Below, piece by piece: positions 35,186 through 44,158 of a DNA stretch of 64,000 bases. Under the pieces are notes generated by a model. That model searched no databases and had not been told where the DNA came from. It saw only the letters and a program-made list of their open reading frames with translations. The number at the start of each line of letters is the position of its first letter. Position 1 is the first letter of the stretch. Source of the DNA: a virus; IMG/VR virus record IMGVR_UViG_3300036773_000096, positions 1 to 64,000 of that record; one strand, written 5' to 3'. Made by a program: the position numbers and the translations under genes.

Positions 35186-35403
35186 GGCGTGATCGTGTCA
35201 GGCACAGTGGGGTCCGACTGGGAGTGACACGCGGGCGGCAGGTCGCCGGGGGCAGGAACGCTCATGGCAGCCGGGCGGAATCCCCAGGACCCGCATGCTG
35301 GGCACGCGGGTCAATGACCCAGCCGAACGCACCTTAACCGCTGGACTATGAAGTGGCGGGGACGGCCTTGACCCCCCAGCGGCGACCTGGGCACACCCTA
35401 TGG

Positions 35404-36603
35404 CTAGCCGTGATATTCGCGGGCGTCCCACGCGTCGACTGCGATGGTTTCCGCCACGCCCATGCCGTCGATCTGCACGGCGACGCTCGCGGTGGTCGCC
35501 CCCGTCGGTGCGGTGGCCACAAAGAACGGCACACGGGTCCACACGCCGGCCGCCAGGGTGAAGTCCGGGCCCGTCGCGGTCGCCCCAGTCGACCACGTGC
35601 GGATCAGCCGCCCGGTACGGACGTTGTTGGGCTTCAGGGCGCACGCGCTGCGGTAGTCGTGCGCGGCGGTCACCGCGAACGTCGAAGACGTGAGCTTGAC
35701 CTGCCCCGCTGCGGTGGCGTGCACGATGGCCTGACCCAGGCCGTCCACCCCGCCGGCCAGCCACGTGACCGTAGTGTTCGCCCCGGCGGTCCAGCCGGTG
35801 ACGTTGGCCTCGTAGGACGCGTTGGGCACCAGATTGCCGGGCACGTCGGCGTAGGACAGCCCCGTGTCGGACAGCCGGTCCCAGGTGACCACACCGAGAC
35901 TGTCGGACTCCCACAGGTCCCAGGTGGGGCGCGCGGACTCCAGGATGTCCCAGGAGGCACCGAAGTTCACTAGGTGCAGAACCACCCCGGCCGGTTTGAC
36001 GCCCTTGCGGGTGATCGCACCGAGCACCGCTGACGGGTCGGGGGTTTCCGACGACCGGGTCATGATCGCCACATCCCACGGGCCGCCCGCCGCGCCGCCG
36101 TCGGTCATGTGCGGCACACACTTCGCGTACTGCGACCCGGTCAAGGCGGTGCGCGCCGCGTACTCGATGCTCGCCGCGCTGCCAGCCAGCCAACCGGAAG
36201 TGGCATACCGGATGGTGTCGCGCTGCTCGGCGACGGACGCGGCCGGATCCAGGGTGCCGCCGACCATCTGCACCAGCCACGGCAGCCACGCCGCGTCGGC
36301 CACCGTGGGGTCACCCAGCTCCGATAGCCGCAGTACGCGGTTGGCGTTGTAGTCATCCACCGCATCGGGGTGCAGTGACCACGGGATGGGTGCGGCGGGT
36401 CCGACGGGACGCTGCCCGGTGATGCGATCAATGACGGTGTCGATCGCTCCCAACTCCTGGGTGACGGCGTCGATGTAGAGCAGGAACGGGTAGCCGGAGT
36501 TCGCATCGAAGGTCCGGTAGGCCTCCGGGAGGCGATCGAAGATGCGGGTCGCGAAACCGTTCACCGCCGGGCGTGCCGGCAGGGTCGGGATGGCGGTGGT
36601 CAT
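35404..36603 (-). CDS. baseplate wedge protein, P2 gpI-like, with C-terminal carbohydrate-binding-like domain
   Basis: DRLPEAYR...DPTVADAAWLPWLVQMVG; NLVPNASYEA...W CBM-like start. Confidence 0.8.
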   Translation of the reverse strand: MTTAIPTLPARPAVNGFATRIFDRLPEAYRTFDANSGYPFLLYIDAVTQELGAIDTVIDRITGQRPVGPAAPIPWSLHPDAVDDYNANRVLRLSELGDPTVADAAWLPWLVQMVGGTLDPAASVAEQRDTIRYATSGWLAGSAASIEYAARTALTGSQYAKCVPHMTDGGAAGGPWDVAIMTRSSETPDPSAVLGAITRKGVKPAGVVLHLVNFGASWDILESARPTWDLWESDSLGVVTWDRLSDTGLSYADVPGNLVPNASYEANVTGWTAGANTTVTWLAGGVDGLGQAIVHATAAGQVKLTSSTFAVTAAHDYRSACALKPNNVRTGRLIRTWSTGATATGPDFTLAAGVWTRVPFFVATAPTGATTASVAVQIDGMGVAETIAVDAWDAREYHG

Positions 36604-36890
36604 GAGAGGGCCATCACGGTGATGCCACTACCGGAGCACCTGAAATCCCCGCTGGAGTGACTGAGCAGCATCAAACCTTTAGATGTCACGACTGCCGCCG
36701 CTATGAGCAGACCGCACTCCGGGCAACGCGGAGCGACAGGGACGGCCTGCTTGCAGGTGAGTTCTTCGTGGGCGAACTGGGGCAGCAACTCGTCGTGCAA
36801 CCAACCGATGCTTTTGATCAGCGCGATGGGACGCTGACAGTTCCGGCAGGCGTTGCGGTCCAGCACCACCACGTGGCCCTCAATGTTCAC
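36600..36890 (-). CDS. Cys-rich hypothetical protein inserted in baseplate operon
   Basis: CRNC, CPEC; 4-nt overlaps at both ends. Confidence 0.6.
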   Translation of the reverse strand: MNIEGHVVVLDRNACRNCQRPIALIKSIGWLHDELLPQFAHEELTCKQAVPVAPRCPECGLLIAAAVVTSKGLMLLSHSSGDFRCSGSGITVMALS

Positions 36891-38047
36891 GGAGCCTCCG
36901 TGACGGTGACCGTCCCGGCCTGCGGCAGGGCCTTCGGGGTGGTCGCCGCGACGTCCCCCGAGCCCGCGTTGAGAGTGACACTGACGACGTAGTCGACACC
37001 GGGCACCTGGTCGATGACGGAAACGAACTCATTATGGCGCAGCGGTGCCCCCGGTGCCCAGGTCAACGGGTTGATGTAGTTGCGGATCGTGGCGATCACG
37101 GCAGCGGCCACCGTGGCCGGCGTGAACCCGGCGGCGGTGCGGATGCTGGCCACCACCGCGATGGTGTCCAGGCCGGCGTTGATGACGTGCACCGCGAGCA
37201 TCGCCGCCGACTGGGCTTGGATGGTGGTTTGGATGCTCGTGAGGTCCGGAGTGGTCAACGGGAGCCCCGTGGGGTCCAGGACGCAGATGGTGATGTGACC
37301 GGGGTCCGCGCCGGGCGTATGTGGTGAGCCCACAGACCCATCCCACAGATCCACTGTCATCACGCGGCCGACCCGCACATCTTCATCGACAGCGGCGTTG
37401 AATTGTCGCGGGACCACAAGACAGTCCGAGAGTCGCTGAAGTCGGGCCACGCCCCGGTCACGCCACGCGGTGTCGGTTTCGGCGTCGCGTCCCCCGGCCA
37501 CCGTCGAAGCCAGGGTCACGGTCTGCACCATGGACAGCTGGTCGGCGAGCACCAGCCGGGCTCCGGCGGCGACCCCGTTGGCAGCGGCGGTGTTGATCTG
37601 AGAGATCAGGTTCACGGTCGCGGAGGTGGCCCCGGCGGCGATCTGGGTGTCCGGGGTTTGTGCCAGGAACACCACCGTGCCCGTGGCCAAGGGCAAATAG
37701 AATCTCGTCCCCGTCGGAATGGTGTAGCCCAGGCCGTCGGCGACGGCGATGGTGGCCGTGGCGATCGCGGGAGCACCGAAGTCCTTATCGACCCCGGCGA
37801 GGTGCAGGATCGCTTCGACCACAGCGCCGGGCAGGCGGTTGATGGTGGCGACGTTCTCCGCGATGGCCAGCGCGATCGCTTCCATGAGAACGACTTCGGT
37901 GTTGCCTTCGCGGGCGACCCATCCGGGGTTGACGATGCCGTAGTAGGCGATCATCGCCGAGATCAGGTCTGATGAGGGGACGTCGAAGACGCGTAGGTCA
38001 ACGTAGGCACCCAGGTCGGTGGGTGGCCTGATCAGTGGTGCGCTCAC
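36887..38047 (-). CDS. baseplate J-like protein
   Basis: GGRDAETD..WRDR; position after gp25-like gene. Confidence 0.88.
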   Translation of the reverse strand: MSAPLIRPPTDLGAYVDLRVFDVPSSDLISAMIAYYGIVNPGWVAREGNTEVVLMEAIALAIAENVATINRLPGAVVEAILHLAGVDKDFGAPAIATATIAVADGLGYTIPTGTRFYLPLATGTVVFLAQTPDTQIAAGATSATVNLISQINTAAANGVAAGARLVLADQLSMVQTVTLASTVAGGRDAETDTAWRDRGVARLQRLSDCLVVPRQFNAAVDEDVRVGRVMTVDLWDGSVGSPHTPGADPGHITICVLDPTGLPLTTPDLTSIQTTIQAQSAAMLAVHVINAGLDTIAVVASIRTAAGFTPATVAAAVIATIRNYINPLTWAPGAPLRHNEFVSVIDQVPGVDYVVSVTLNAGSGDVAATTPKALPQAGTVTVTEAP

Positions 38048-38364
38048 GTTTGGCGCTCCCAGTCGATAGCGACCTCTTCCCGGTCCCCACGGGTGTCCCC
38101 GCCGCGCCGTACCCGCACGGAGGTGACGTTGACGGCCGGGCCGAAGTCCAAGACGTGACGCGACAATGCGGGCGCCTCCCAGCCGGAGAACGCGGGGTCG
38201 GCGATGCCGAAAGTGGGCGCGGTGGCCCGCTCGCCGGGGCGGGTCAGAACGGCGACGGCGAGCTGGTTCTCCACGTCACGATCGGAGTTCTGATCGACGA
38301 CGGCCACCGAACCGCCCGGTCCGAGCTGGAAGGGGAAGTCCCACACTTGTGCCACGTCGCGCAT
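38044..38364 (-). CDS. baseplate wedge gp25/gpW-like protein
   Basis: DFPFQLG...LTRPGERATAPTFGI. Confidence 0.8.
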   Translation of the reverse strand: MRDVAQVWDFPFQLGPGGSVAVVDQNSDRDVENQLAVAVLTRPGERATAPTFGIADPAFSGWEAPALSRHVLDFGPAVNVTSVRVRRGGDTRGDREEVAIDWERQT

Positions 38365-38405
38365 CCTGACATGCCGCCCAGTGATCTCCAGCGGGGCGCG
38401 CGGGG

Positions 38406-39458
38406 TCAGAACTGCGCGACCGCCGCCAACAGCTTCACGGTGGCCACCACGGCGCCGGGCTGGCGCCCCCAGCCGCACCCGGTGGAGCCTCCGACGTTGT
38501 CACGGTTCGCCATCCGGGTGAAGGCATCCCAGGCCCAGCGGTGCTGCTCCAGCTGCGGTTCCCAGTGCGGATTGTTCGACGCGACCATGGCGCGGACGAA
38601 CCCGGCGGAGACGTGCACCGTTTCGGGCACGATCAGCTCGCCCATCGGGAGATAGAACTGGCGGGAGTACGGGGTGGGGTGGTGCCGGTCGCCGAAGGGG
38701 AGGTGGATCGCGTCGAGGATCTGACCGTGCGGCCAGTAGGTCCACATGGCGTTGGCCAGCTCCACCAGTGGTCCGGCGTCGGGTGGACTGATCAGCGGGG
38801 AGTCATTTTTGTTGCCGTAACAGAAGTGCAGGATCCAGGTGGAGTCTTTCGGGGACTGGGCGATGAACTCACACGCCCGCCGAGCGAATCTCTCCGCGAC
38901 CGCAGCCTGTAGCCGGCGGGGGGATTTCGCGACGGCAACGGTTTGCAGGGGGCCTTCCCACTGGTAGACGGCGTTGCCGAAGGTGTAGCCGTGGATGAGG
39001 CTGATTTCGCGCTGCGCGGCGGCGGCCTCAGCGTCGTAGTAGCGCATCGGGTTGGCCCAGAAGAACGCACCGACGTTCATGGGATCGGCGATGCCGGCCT
39101 GCGGGCGCACTGCGGTGCGCAGCCTGGGGATGGTCCGCATGATGGGCAGTGCGGAGGCGACCTCGGCGGCGTAGGGCAGAGGCAGGGAGTCGGCGGTGAC
39201 CTTCACGCCGTGGCGGGGAATGGCGCGCGGTGGGTCCAGTAGGGGGCGCAGGTTGCGGTCTTCACTCATGCGCGACCGGCGCAGGATCCGGTAGCGGGGG
39301 TCTTGCGCGCGCTGCTCAATGAACTCGATGACCCAGTGGTGGCGGCGCTCGAAGGGCAGCGTGGTGATGGTGTCGCCCAGCTCGTCGACGATGAGGTTCA
39401 TCGACGCTTCGATGTTGTCGGGACTGACGCTGCCGACGATGTGCGTTCGCAAGGCCAT
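38406..39458 (-). CDS. MetE/UROD-superfamily Zn-dependent enzyme (single barrel, cobalamin-independent methionine synthase-like)
   Basis: THIVGSV, YQWE, LHFCYGN, LVELAN, IHLP, STGCGWGR. Confidence 0.75.
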   Translation of the reverse strand: MALRTHIVGSVSPDNIEASMNLIVDELGDTITTLPFERRHHWVIEFIEQRAQDPRYRILRRSRMSEDRNLRPLLDPPRAIPRHGVKVTADSLPLPYAAEVASALPIMRTIPRLRTAVRPQAGIADPMNVGAFFWANPMRYYDAEAAAAQREISLIHGYTFGNAVYQWEGPLQTVAVAKSPRRLQAAVAERFARRACEFIAQSPKDSTWILHFCYGNKNDSPLISPPDAGPLVELANAMWTYWPHGQILDAIHLPFGDRHHPTPYSRQFYLPMGELIVPETVHVSAGFVRAMVASNNPHWEPQLEQHRWAWDAFTRMANRDNVGGSTGCGWGRQPGAVVATVKLLAAVAQF

Positions 39459-39480
39459 GGGAAACAAAGTATCCGAGCGG

Positions 39481-40467
39481 TCAGGCCACTCTGGTCATCT
39501 TCAGTTTCGATCCGGCCTTAAACAGGGTGGTCGACGGGTCGGAGACGTTTTGGCTGTATTGGATGGCGAAGTTCCCGGCGGTGGCGGCGACGACGAGCCC
39601 CCCGGCGGGGCGCGAGGACATCATTCCTCCGCCAGTCTTGCCGCCCATGATGTAAGAAGGTCCGTCGAACACGTCGTGCCAGATGGCGGCGTTGCCGGCG
39701 GGGTCACCGGAGAACCACGGCGCGACGCGGGGCACGGCGGTGCCCGTCGGCACCGTGAAGGTGATCTTGCAGCCTGGGGTGGGCTGCACGTCGACAATAA
39801 CCAACGCCTCCCACTCGTAGGTCGCCCCCGCGAGCACCGCCATGATCAGGCTGGTCGCCTGCGGGGTGGTCTGGCTGACGATCCCAGTCGCGTCGGCGGC
39901 CTGGAAGACATACCGGGTCGCGCCGACGCGCGTGGTGTCCTCCAGCACCGTTGTCCGAGCGGCCAGCGCGGTCGCCGCCGCCTGGATGGCGGTGATGTTC
40001 GTTTCGGCGGTACCAACACGGGTGGTTAAGGCAGTGATCGCGGCGGCGTTGGCCGCGATGTTCGTCTCGTCAGTGGTCAACCGCACCCCGTGCGCGGCGA
40101 TCGCCACAGCGTTGGCGGTGGTCGCTGTCGTGTTGGCCGCGATGTTCGTCTCGTCGGTGCCAACACGGGTGGTCAGGGCGGTCGCCGCCGCCTGGATCGC
40201 GGTCAGGGTAGCGGTCAGGGTGGAGATCTCGGCGATGGTGGGCGCCCGGCCGGGGATGCGCCCGATCACCGCGAGGCTGTCGCGGGAGGTGGAGATCTGG
40301 GCGAGCAGCACGGCCTCACCGACAGCGAGGTTGGGCACGGCCGTCGGGTAGGGGCCCATCGGTGCGTTGGGCGCCAGTAAGGGGATTTCCACGGTGACCC
40401 CGTGGGTGTCGACAGCGACGACGATGCCCCGGTGCATCGTGCCGAAGTCGGCGAGCTGCATGCTCAT
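39481..40467 (-). CDS. baseplate spike (gpV/gp5-like OB fold) with coiled-coil extension and C-terminal domain
   Basis: RGIVVAVDTHGVTVEIP...LAVGEAVLL...LAVIG; repeats LTTRVGT.ETNI. Confidence 0.7.
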   Translation of the reverse strand: MSMQLADFGTMHRGIVVAVDTHGVTVEIPLLAPNAPMGPYPTAVPNLAVGEAVLLAQISTSRDSLAVIGRIPGRAPTIAEISTLTATLTAIQAAATALTTRVGTDETNIAANTTATTANAVAIAAHGVRLTTDETNIAANAAAITALTTRVGTAETNITAIQAAATALAARTTVLEDTTRVGATRYVFQAADATGIVSQTTPQATSLIMAVLAGATYEWEALVIVDVQPTPGCKITFTVPTGTAVPRVAPWFSGDPAGNAAIWHDVFDGPSYIMGGKTGGGMMSSRPAGGLVVAATAGNFAIQYSQNVSDPSTTLFKAGSKLKMTRVA

Positions 40468-42329
40468 AGGTAGCCCAGCGCCCCGCGCAGCTTGCCGCCT
40501 TGATCCCAGCTGCGACCCGTGGCGTTGAGCTGGCCGATAGGCACCCCGTCTTGGCTGGCTTCGATGGTGCGCCCGTTGCCCAGGCTGATGGCGATGTGGC
40601 CGGGTTGGTGCAGCAGGGCCCCTCGGGTGTTGATGGCGGTCGCCACACTGATCAGGTCACACGCGGCGATCTGCTGCTCAGAGGTGCGGGGCACGTTGGG
40701 GATGCCGGCGCGGGTCGCCGCCCACTGCACGAGGCTGGAGCAGTCGAACGCGCGTGGGTCCGGGTCGGACGCGGCCGGGGTGGCGCCGTAGACATATGTC
40801 TTGCCGGTCTCCTGGAGTGCGTTGCGCACGAAAGTTTCGACTTGCCCATCGGCCCCGCCACCACTGATTCCGGCGGCCCCGGCGGTGATCGGGTTTTTGT
40901 TCGGGTCGTTGGTTGATCCCGGCGGCTGCGGAATGGGATTGACGGGCTCAATGAGGGTCACGTCGGCGCCGTCGGTGTCGGTGGCCAGCACATGCTCAAT
41001 GTCGGACACGATCATGCGGATGGGCGCGGCGGCGGTGTTGCGGGGCTGGATGTTCGGAGTGTTGTCGGCACCCATGATCCCGTAGACATCCACGGGCACG
41101 CCTGGGCGGAACAGCGCCGCACGCGCATGCGGCACCCGGCCCTTGACCTGCAACGTCTGCACCCGGTCGGCGATGGTGGCGCGCACGGTGGTGGGGATGT
41201 CCATGAACGCCTCCTCGGGCACCGCGTTGTCCCACCCGACGCGCACCGGATTGGCGGCGGCCCAGGCCATCGCGAACTGGGCGGAGCCGAAGATGATCCG
41301 GCGCCCGGAGACGAACACCCACTTGCCCAGCTCGCGCGCGAGTCGCACGATCGTTGTCCACGCCGACGGGAACTCGGTGTCGGCGACGACACCCATGGAG
41401 GGATCCCAGACGTCGCGGGCGATGGTGGTCTGGGTGGGCACGGACTCGCCGAGTAAGAATTTCGTGGGGTCGTAGCCGACGGTGGAGATCTCTTGGAACA
41501 GCCATGTGGTGGCGTCGATGTTCGACTGGGTGTGGGGGCCGCGCAGCTGTTTCAGCGCGTGGACGATGTCGTCTTCGGCGGTGACGTCGGCTTGGCCTTG
41601 CCCGTGGTCACCGGGAATGTAGGACACGGTGTCGGTGCGCATGGTGGCGTCGCGCCAGGTGAGCAGGTTGCCTGGGGTGAACAGTTTCGAGTTGGACAGG
41701 TTGAATCCGGGGTCGATGACGGAGAACGTGATGTGGGGGACCATGTCCAGGGCGGCCCGGAAGGTGGGCTCGTCGATGATCTGGAGTCCGAGACTGCCAG
41801 CGATCTGGGTGCCCATGATGCGGATGATGCCGATCGACCCGTCGGCGGTGGGGGTGTTGAACTCCAGCGGGAACGCCTTGCCCGCTCTGACTTCCTCCCC
41901 GCCGGGCGGCCCGTAGACGACGGTTTGACTGGCGGGGTCCGAGCCGGCCACCGGGGGCAGTCCGACGAGCCCGCCAGCGTTGGCGACGGCCTGGGCGGAC
42001 TCGTTCATGTAGGGCGTTTGTGCCCCGGCGTTGTAGGTCGACCACGCTTTGAGTCCTTGCCCGTCGTAGATGGCTTTGGCGGCCATCGTGTTGTAGCGGG
42101 GGTCGGACAGTAGTTGCTGGGCGTTGTATTGGGAGTGAATGGAGTTGATCTGAAACAGGCCCCGGTCGGTGGAGCCGTTTGAGTTGGCGGTGTTGATGGC
42201 GTCGACGGTCCAGCCGGATTCGGCTTTGGCGATGGCGACCATGGTGACGCGGTCTTCCGGGGGGAAGTTGGCCTCGACGACGAGTTGGGCGACCTGTGGC
42301 CCGGTGAGGTGGATCTGACCGGCGGCCAT
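40464..42329 (-). CDS. baseplate hub with N-terminal lytic transglycosylase and C-terminal NlpC/P60 domain
   Basis: AIAKAESG...GLFQIN...AWSTY; YVYGA...DCSSLV...GHIAI; hub call from position. Confidence 0.85.
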   Translation of the reverse strand: MAAGQIHLTGPQVAQLVVEANFPPEDRVTMVAIAKAESGWTVDAINTANSNGSTDRGLFQINSIHSQYNAQQLLSDPRYNTMAAKAIYDGQGLKAWSTYNAGAQTPYMNESAQAVANAGGLVGLPPVAGSDPASQTVVYGPPGGEEVRAGKAFPLEFNTPTADGSIGIIRIMGTQIAGSLGLQIIDEPTFRAALDMVPHITFSVIDPGFNLSNSKLFTPGNLLTWRDATMRTDTVSYIPGDHGQGQADVTAEDDIVHALKQLRGPHTQSNIDATTWLFQEISTVGYDPTKFLLGESVPTQTTIARDVWDPSMGVVADTEFPSAWTTIVRLARELGKWVFVSGRRIIFGSAQFAMAWAAANPVRVGWDNAVPEEAFMDIPTTVRATIADRVQTLQVKGRVPHARAALFRPGVPVDVYGIMGADNTPNIQPRNTAAAPIRMIVSDIEHVLATDTDGADVTLIEPVNPIPQPPGSTNDPNKNPITAGAAGISGGGADGQVETFVRNALQETGKTYVYGATPAASDPDPRAFDCSSLVQWAATRAGIPNVPRTSEQQIAACDLISVATAINTRGALLHQPGHIAISLGNGRTIEASQDGVPIGQLNATGRSWDQGGKLRGALGYL

Positions 42330-42675
42330 GGACTGGGCGGGCCTCCGATCTGTGGACGGGGCTACCGGAGGTGCCGGGGGTGATCGTCGGCGTTACCCTA
42401 CGCAGCGGCGTGGCTTCGGAGGGTCCGACACTCCGATCACTCAGCGTGAGTAAAATAGGCACCTCTGGGTGATTGCCTGACCACATAACGCGTGGTCGCA
42501 TCCTTCGATGGACCCCTGTGAAGAGTCTCGTAGCTCCACCGCGCATCGAGAACACACCACCCTGATCGTCATGGATCTCTACGGTGTCCACGGCTGTCTC
42601 GATGCCCCCACCGACCCCGTCCCCGAACCGGCGTGTTTCGCCCGAATCCCCCACCAGCGAGGGAAGCCTGTCTAA

Positions 42676-43485
42676 ATGACCATCGCGGCCGAGCCCGCCG
42701 AACACCTACCCCACCATGCGGCACACACCGTCGCGTGGCGGCTCCCACGGTGGGCCCGGCCCCTACTACTGACCGTGCACATCGCCGCATCAGTCGGATG
42801 GCTCGGTGTCGACGGTGCGGTCGTCGGCCTGGAGATCGCCCGACGGGTCAGCCACAACGCCGCCGAAGCGTCCAGCGCCAGCACCGCCATAGCTCAACTG
42901 GCGTGGTGGGCTGTGGTTCCCACCGTAGCCGTCTCGCTGATTACGGGGCTCGTATTGTCGGCGAGCACCGCGTGGGGACTGTTTCGCTACTGGTGGGTCG
43001 TAGGCAAGGTCATCGCCGTGTACGTCTTGACCATCGCTGGTGCCCTCACCGTGGCGCTGCACGGTCCCACCCTGCTGCCCCGCGCGCTGGTACTGCTGTG
43101 CCTGCTCGCCGCCATCGCACTGTCGGTTTTCAAGCCGTGGGGGCGCACCCGACACGGCAGGCATGTCTTCGCCGCTGCTCGCGCGGAGCGCGCCGCCTGG
43201 GAGTACACCGCCCACCCCGGCGCGACACCACAGCACCGTCGAGGCATACCGCAAGTGACCCCGCGCGTCCTAGACGCGGGTGCTCCACCCGCTGCCCCGC
43301 ACCAGGCCAACGATCAGCAAGATCAGCCCGATGATAGCTACGATGATGCCCACGATGTAGCAGATGGCGCTGAGCGGGTAGGGCAGCAGGCCGTTGATGG
43401 CGACCAGCACCACCCCGATGATAAGCATGATCAAAGCGTTGAGCCACGGCATGAGAACCCTCCTACGGTGGAATTACCAGCGTGA
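42676..43485 (+). CDS. DUF2269-like integral membrane protein (moron; C-terminus runs antisense into neighbour)
   Basis: LTVHIAASVGWLG...GLFRYWWVVGK...LSVFKPWGRT. Confidence 0.7.
   Translation: MTIAAEPAEHLPHHAAHTVAWRLPRWARPLLLTVHIAASVGWLGVDGAVVGLEIARRVSHNAAEASSASTAIAQLAWWAVVPTVAVSLITGLVLSASTAWGLFRYWWVVGKVIAVYVLTIAGALTVALHGPTLLPRALVLLCLLAAIALSVFKPWGRTRHGRHVFAAARAERAAWEYTAHPGATPQHRRGIPQVTPRVLDAGAPPAAPHQANDQQDQPDDSYDDAHDVADGAERVGQQAVDGDQHHPDDKHDQSVEPRHENPPTVELPA
43270..43452 (-). CDS. 60-aa two-TM membrane protein
   Basis: AGGAGGG RBS; two hydrophobic helices. Confidence 0.7.
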   Translation of the reverse strand: MPWLNALIMLIIGVVLVAINGLLPYPLSAICYIVGIIVAIIGLILLIVGLVRGSGWSTRV

Positions 43486-44158
43486 TGCCCACAGCCATTG
43501 TCTGCGGGGTCGCGATCTTGTCACGGTTCGCGTCGTAGATGACCGGCCACCGGTCACCGCGCCCATAGAGCTTCTGCGCGATCCCCCACAGCGTGTCCCC
43601 CGGTGCCGTCGTGTACGACTTCGCCGGGGCGCTGCTCTGCGGTGCCGCGACCGGCGCGGGAGCCACGGGCGAGGACACCGGGCCGGTGTTCGGGGACGTC
43701 TCACTGGCACGGGTCATCGTGATGTCAGCGGTCGCTCGGATGATCAGGTTCGTGTCCGGGTGGCGCAGCACACTGGACACCGCCAGCGCCGTGATCCGCC
43801 ACAGCCCGGCCTCCTGATCGGAGTAGCGCATCATGACCCGCATCCGGGACTTCGCGACCAGCTTCAGCGTGTTGATGTAGCCCGACTGGTCGGCGTAGAA
43901 GTCGTCCGGGTCGCCGATGTTGATGGTGAATCGCATCGTGTCGAGCTTGTCGGCCTTGCGCACCAGTAGCGGCACGAGGCCCACTCTCGAGACTTGCACC
44001 CAATCCTGCTCCCACACGCCGTACTCGATGACCGGCGGCGCGAAACGGAACGTGAAGCTCGCCGACCCATCCTCAGTGAGCAGGTAGGCGCGCTGGCCGG
44101 GCACAGCGGTGAAGCTCACCCCGCTCACCGGGTCGCGGATGACCGCCAGCGCCATCAC
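43463..44158 (-). CDS. tube-initiator-like protein with C-terminal LysM domain
   Basis: YTTAPGDTLWGIAQKLYG...IYDANR...LVIP; follows tape measure. Confidence 0.88.
   Translation of the reverse strand: MMALAVIRDPVSGVSFTAVPGQRAYLLTEDGSASFTFRFAPPVIEYGVWEQDWVQVSRVGLVPLLVRKADKLDTMRFTINIGDPDDFYADQSGYINTLKLVAKSRMRVMMRYSDQEAGLWRITALAVSSVLRHPDTNLIIRATADITMTRASETSPNTGPVSSPVAPAPVAAPQSSAPAKSYTTAPGDTLWGIAQKLYGRGDRWPVIYDANRDKIATPQTMAVGITLVIPP

Noticed and set aside
35198-36289. 363-aa minus-strand alternative-frame ORF
   Set aside because: Arg/Gly-rich off-frame reading over the gpI-like gene
41608-42705. 365-aa minus-strand ORF spanning the hub start
   Set aside because: Off-frame, low complexity, no recognisable motif
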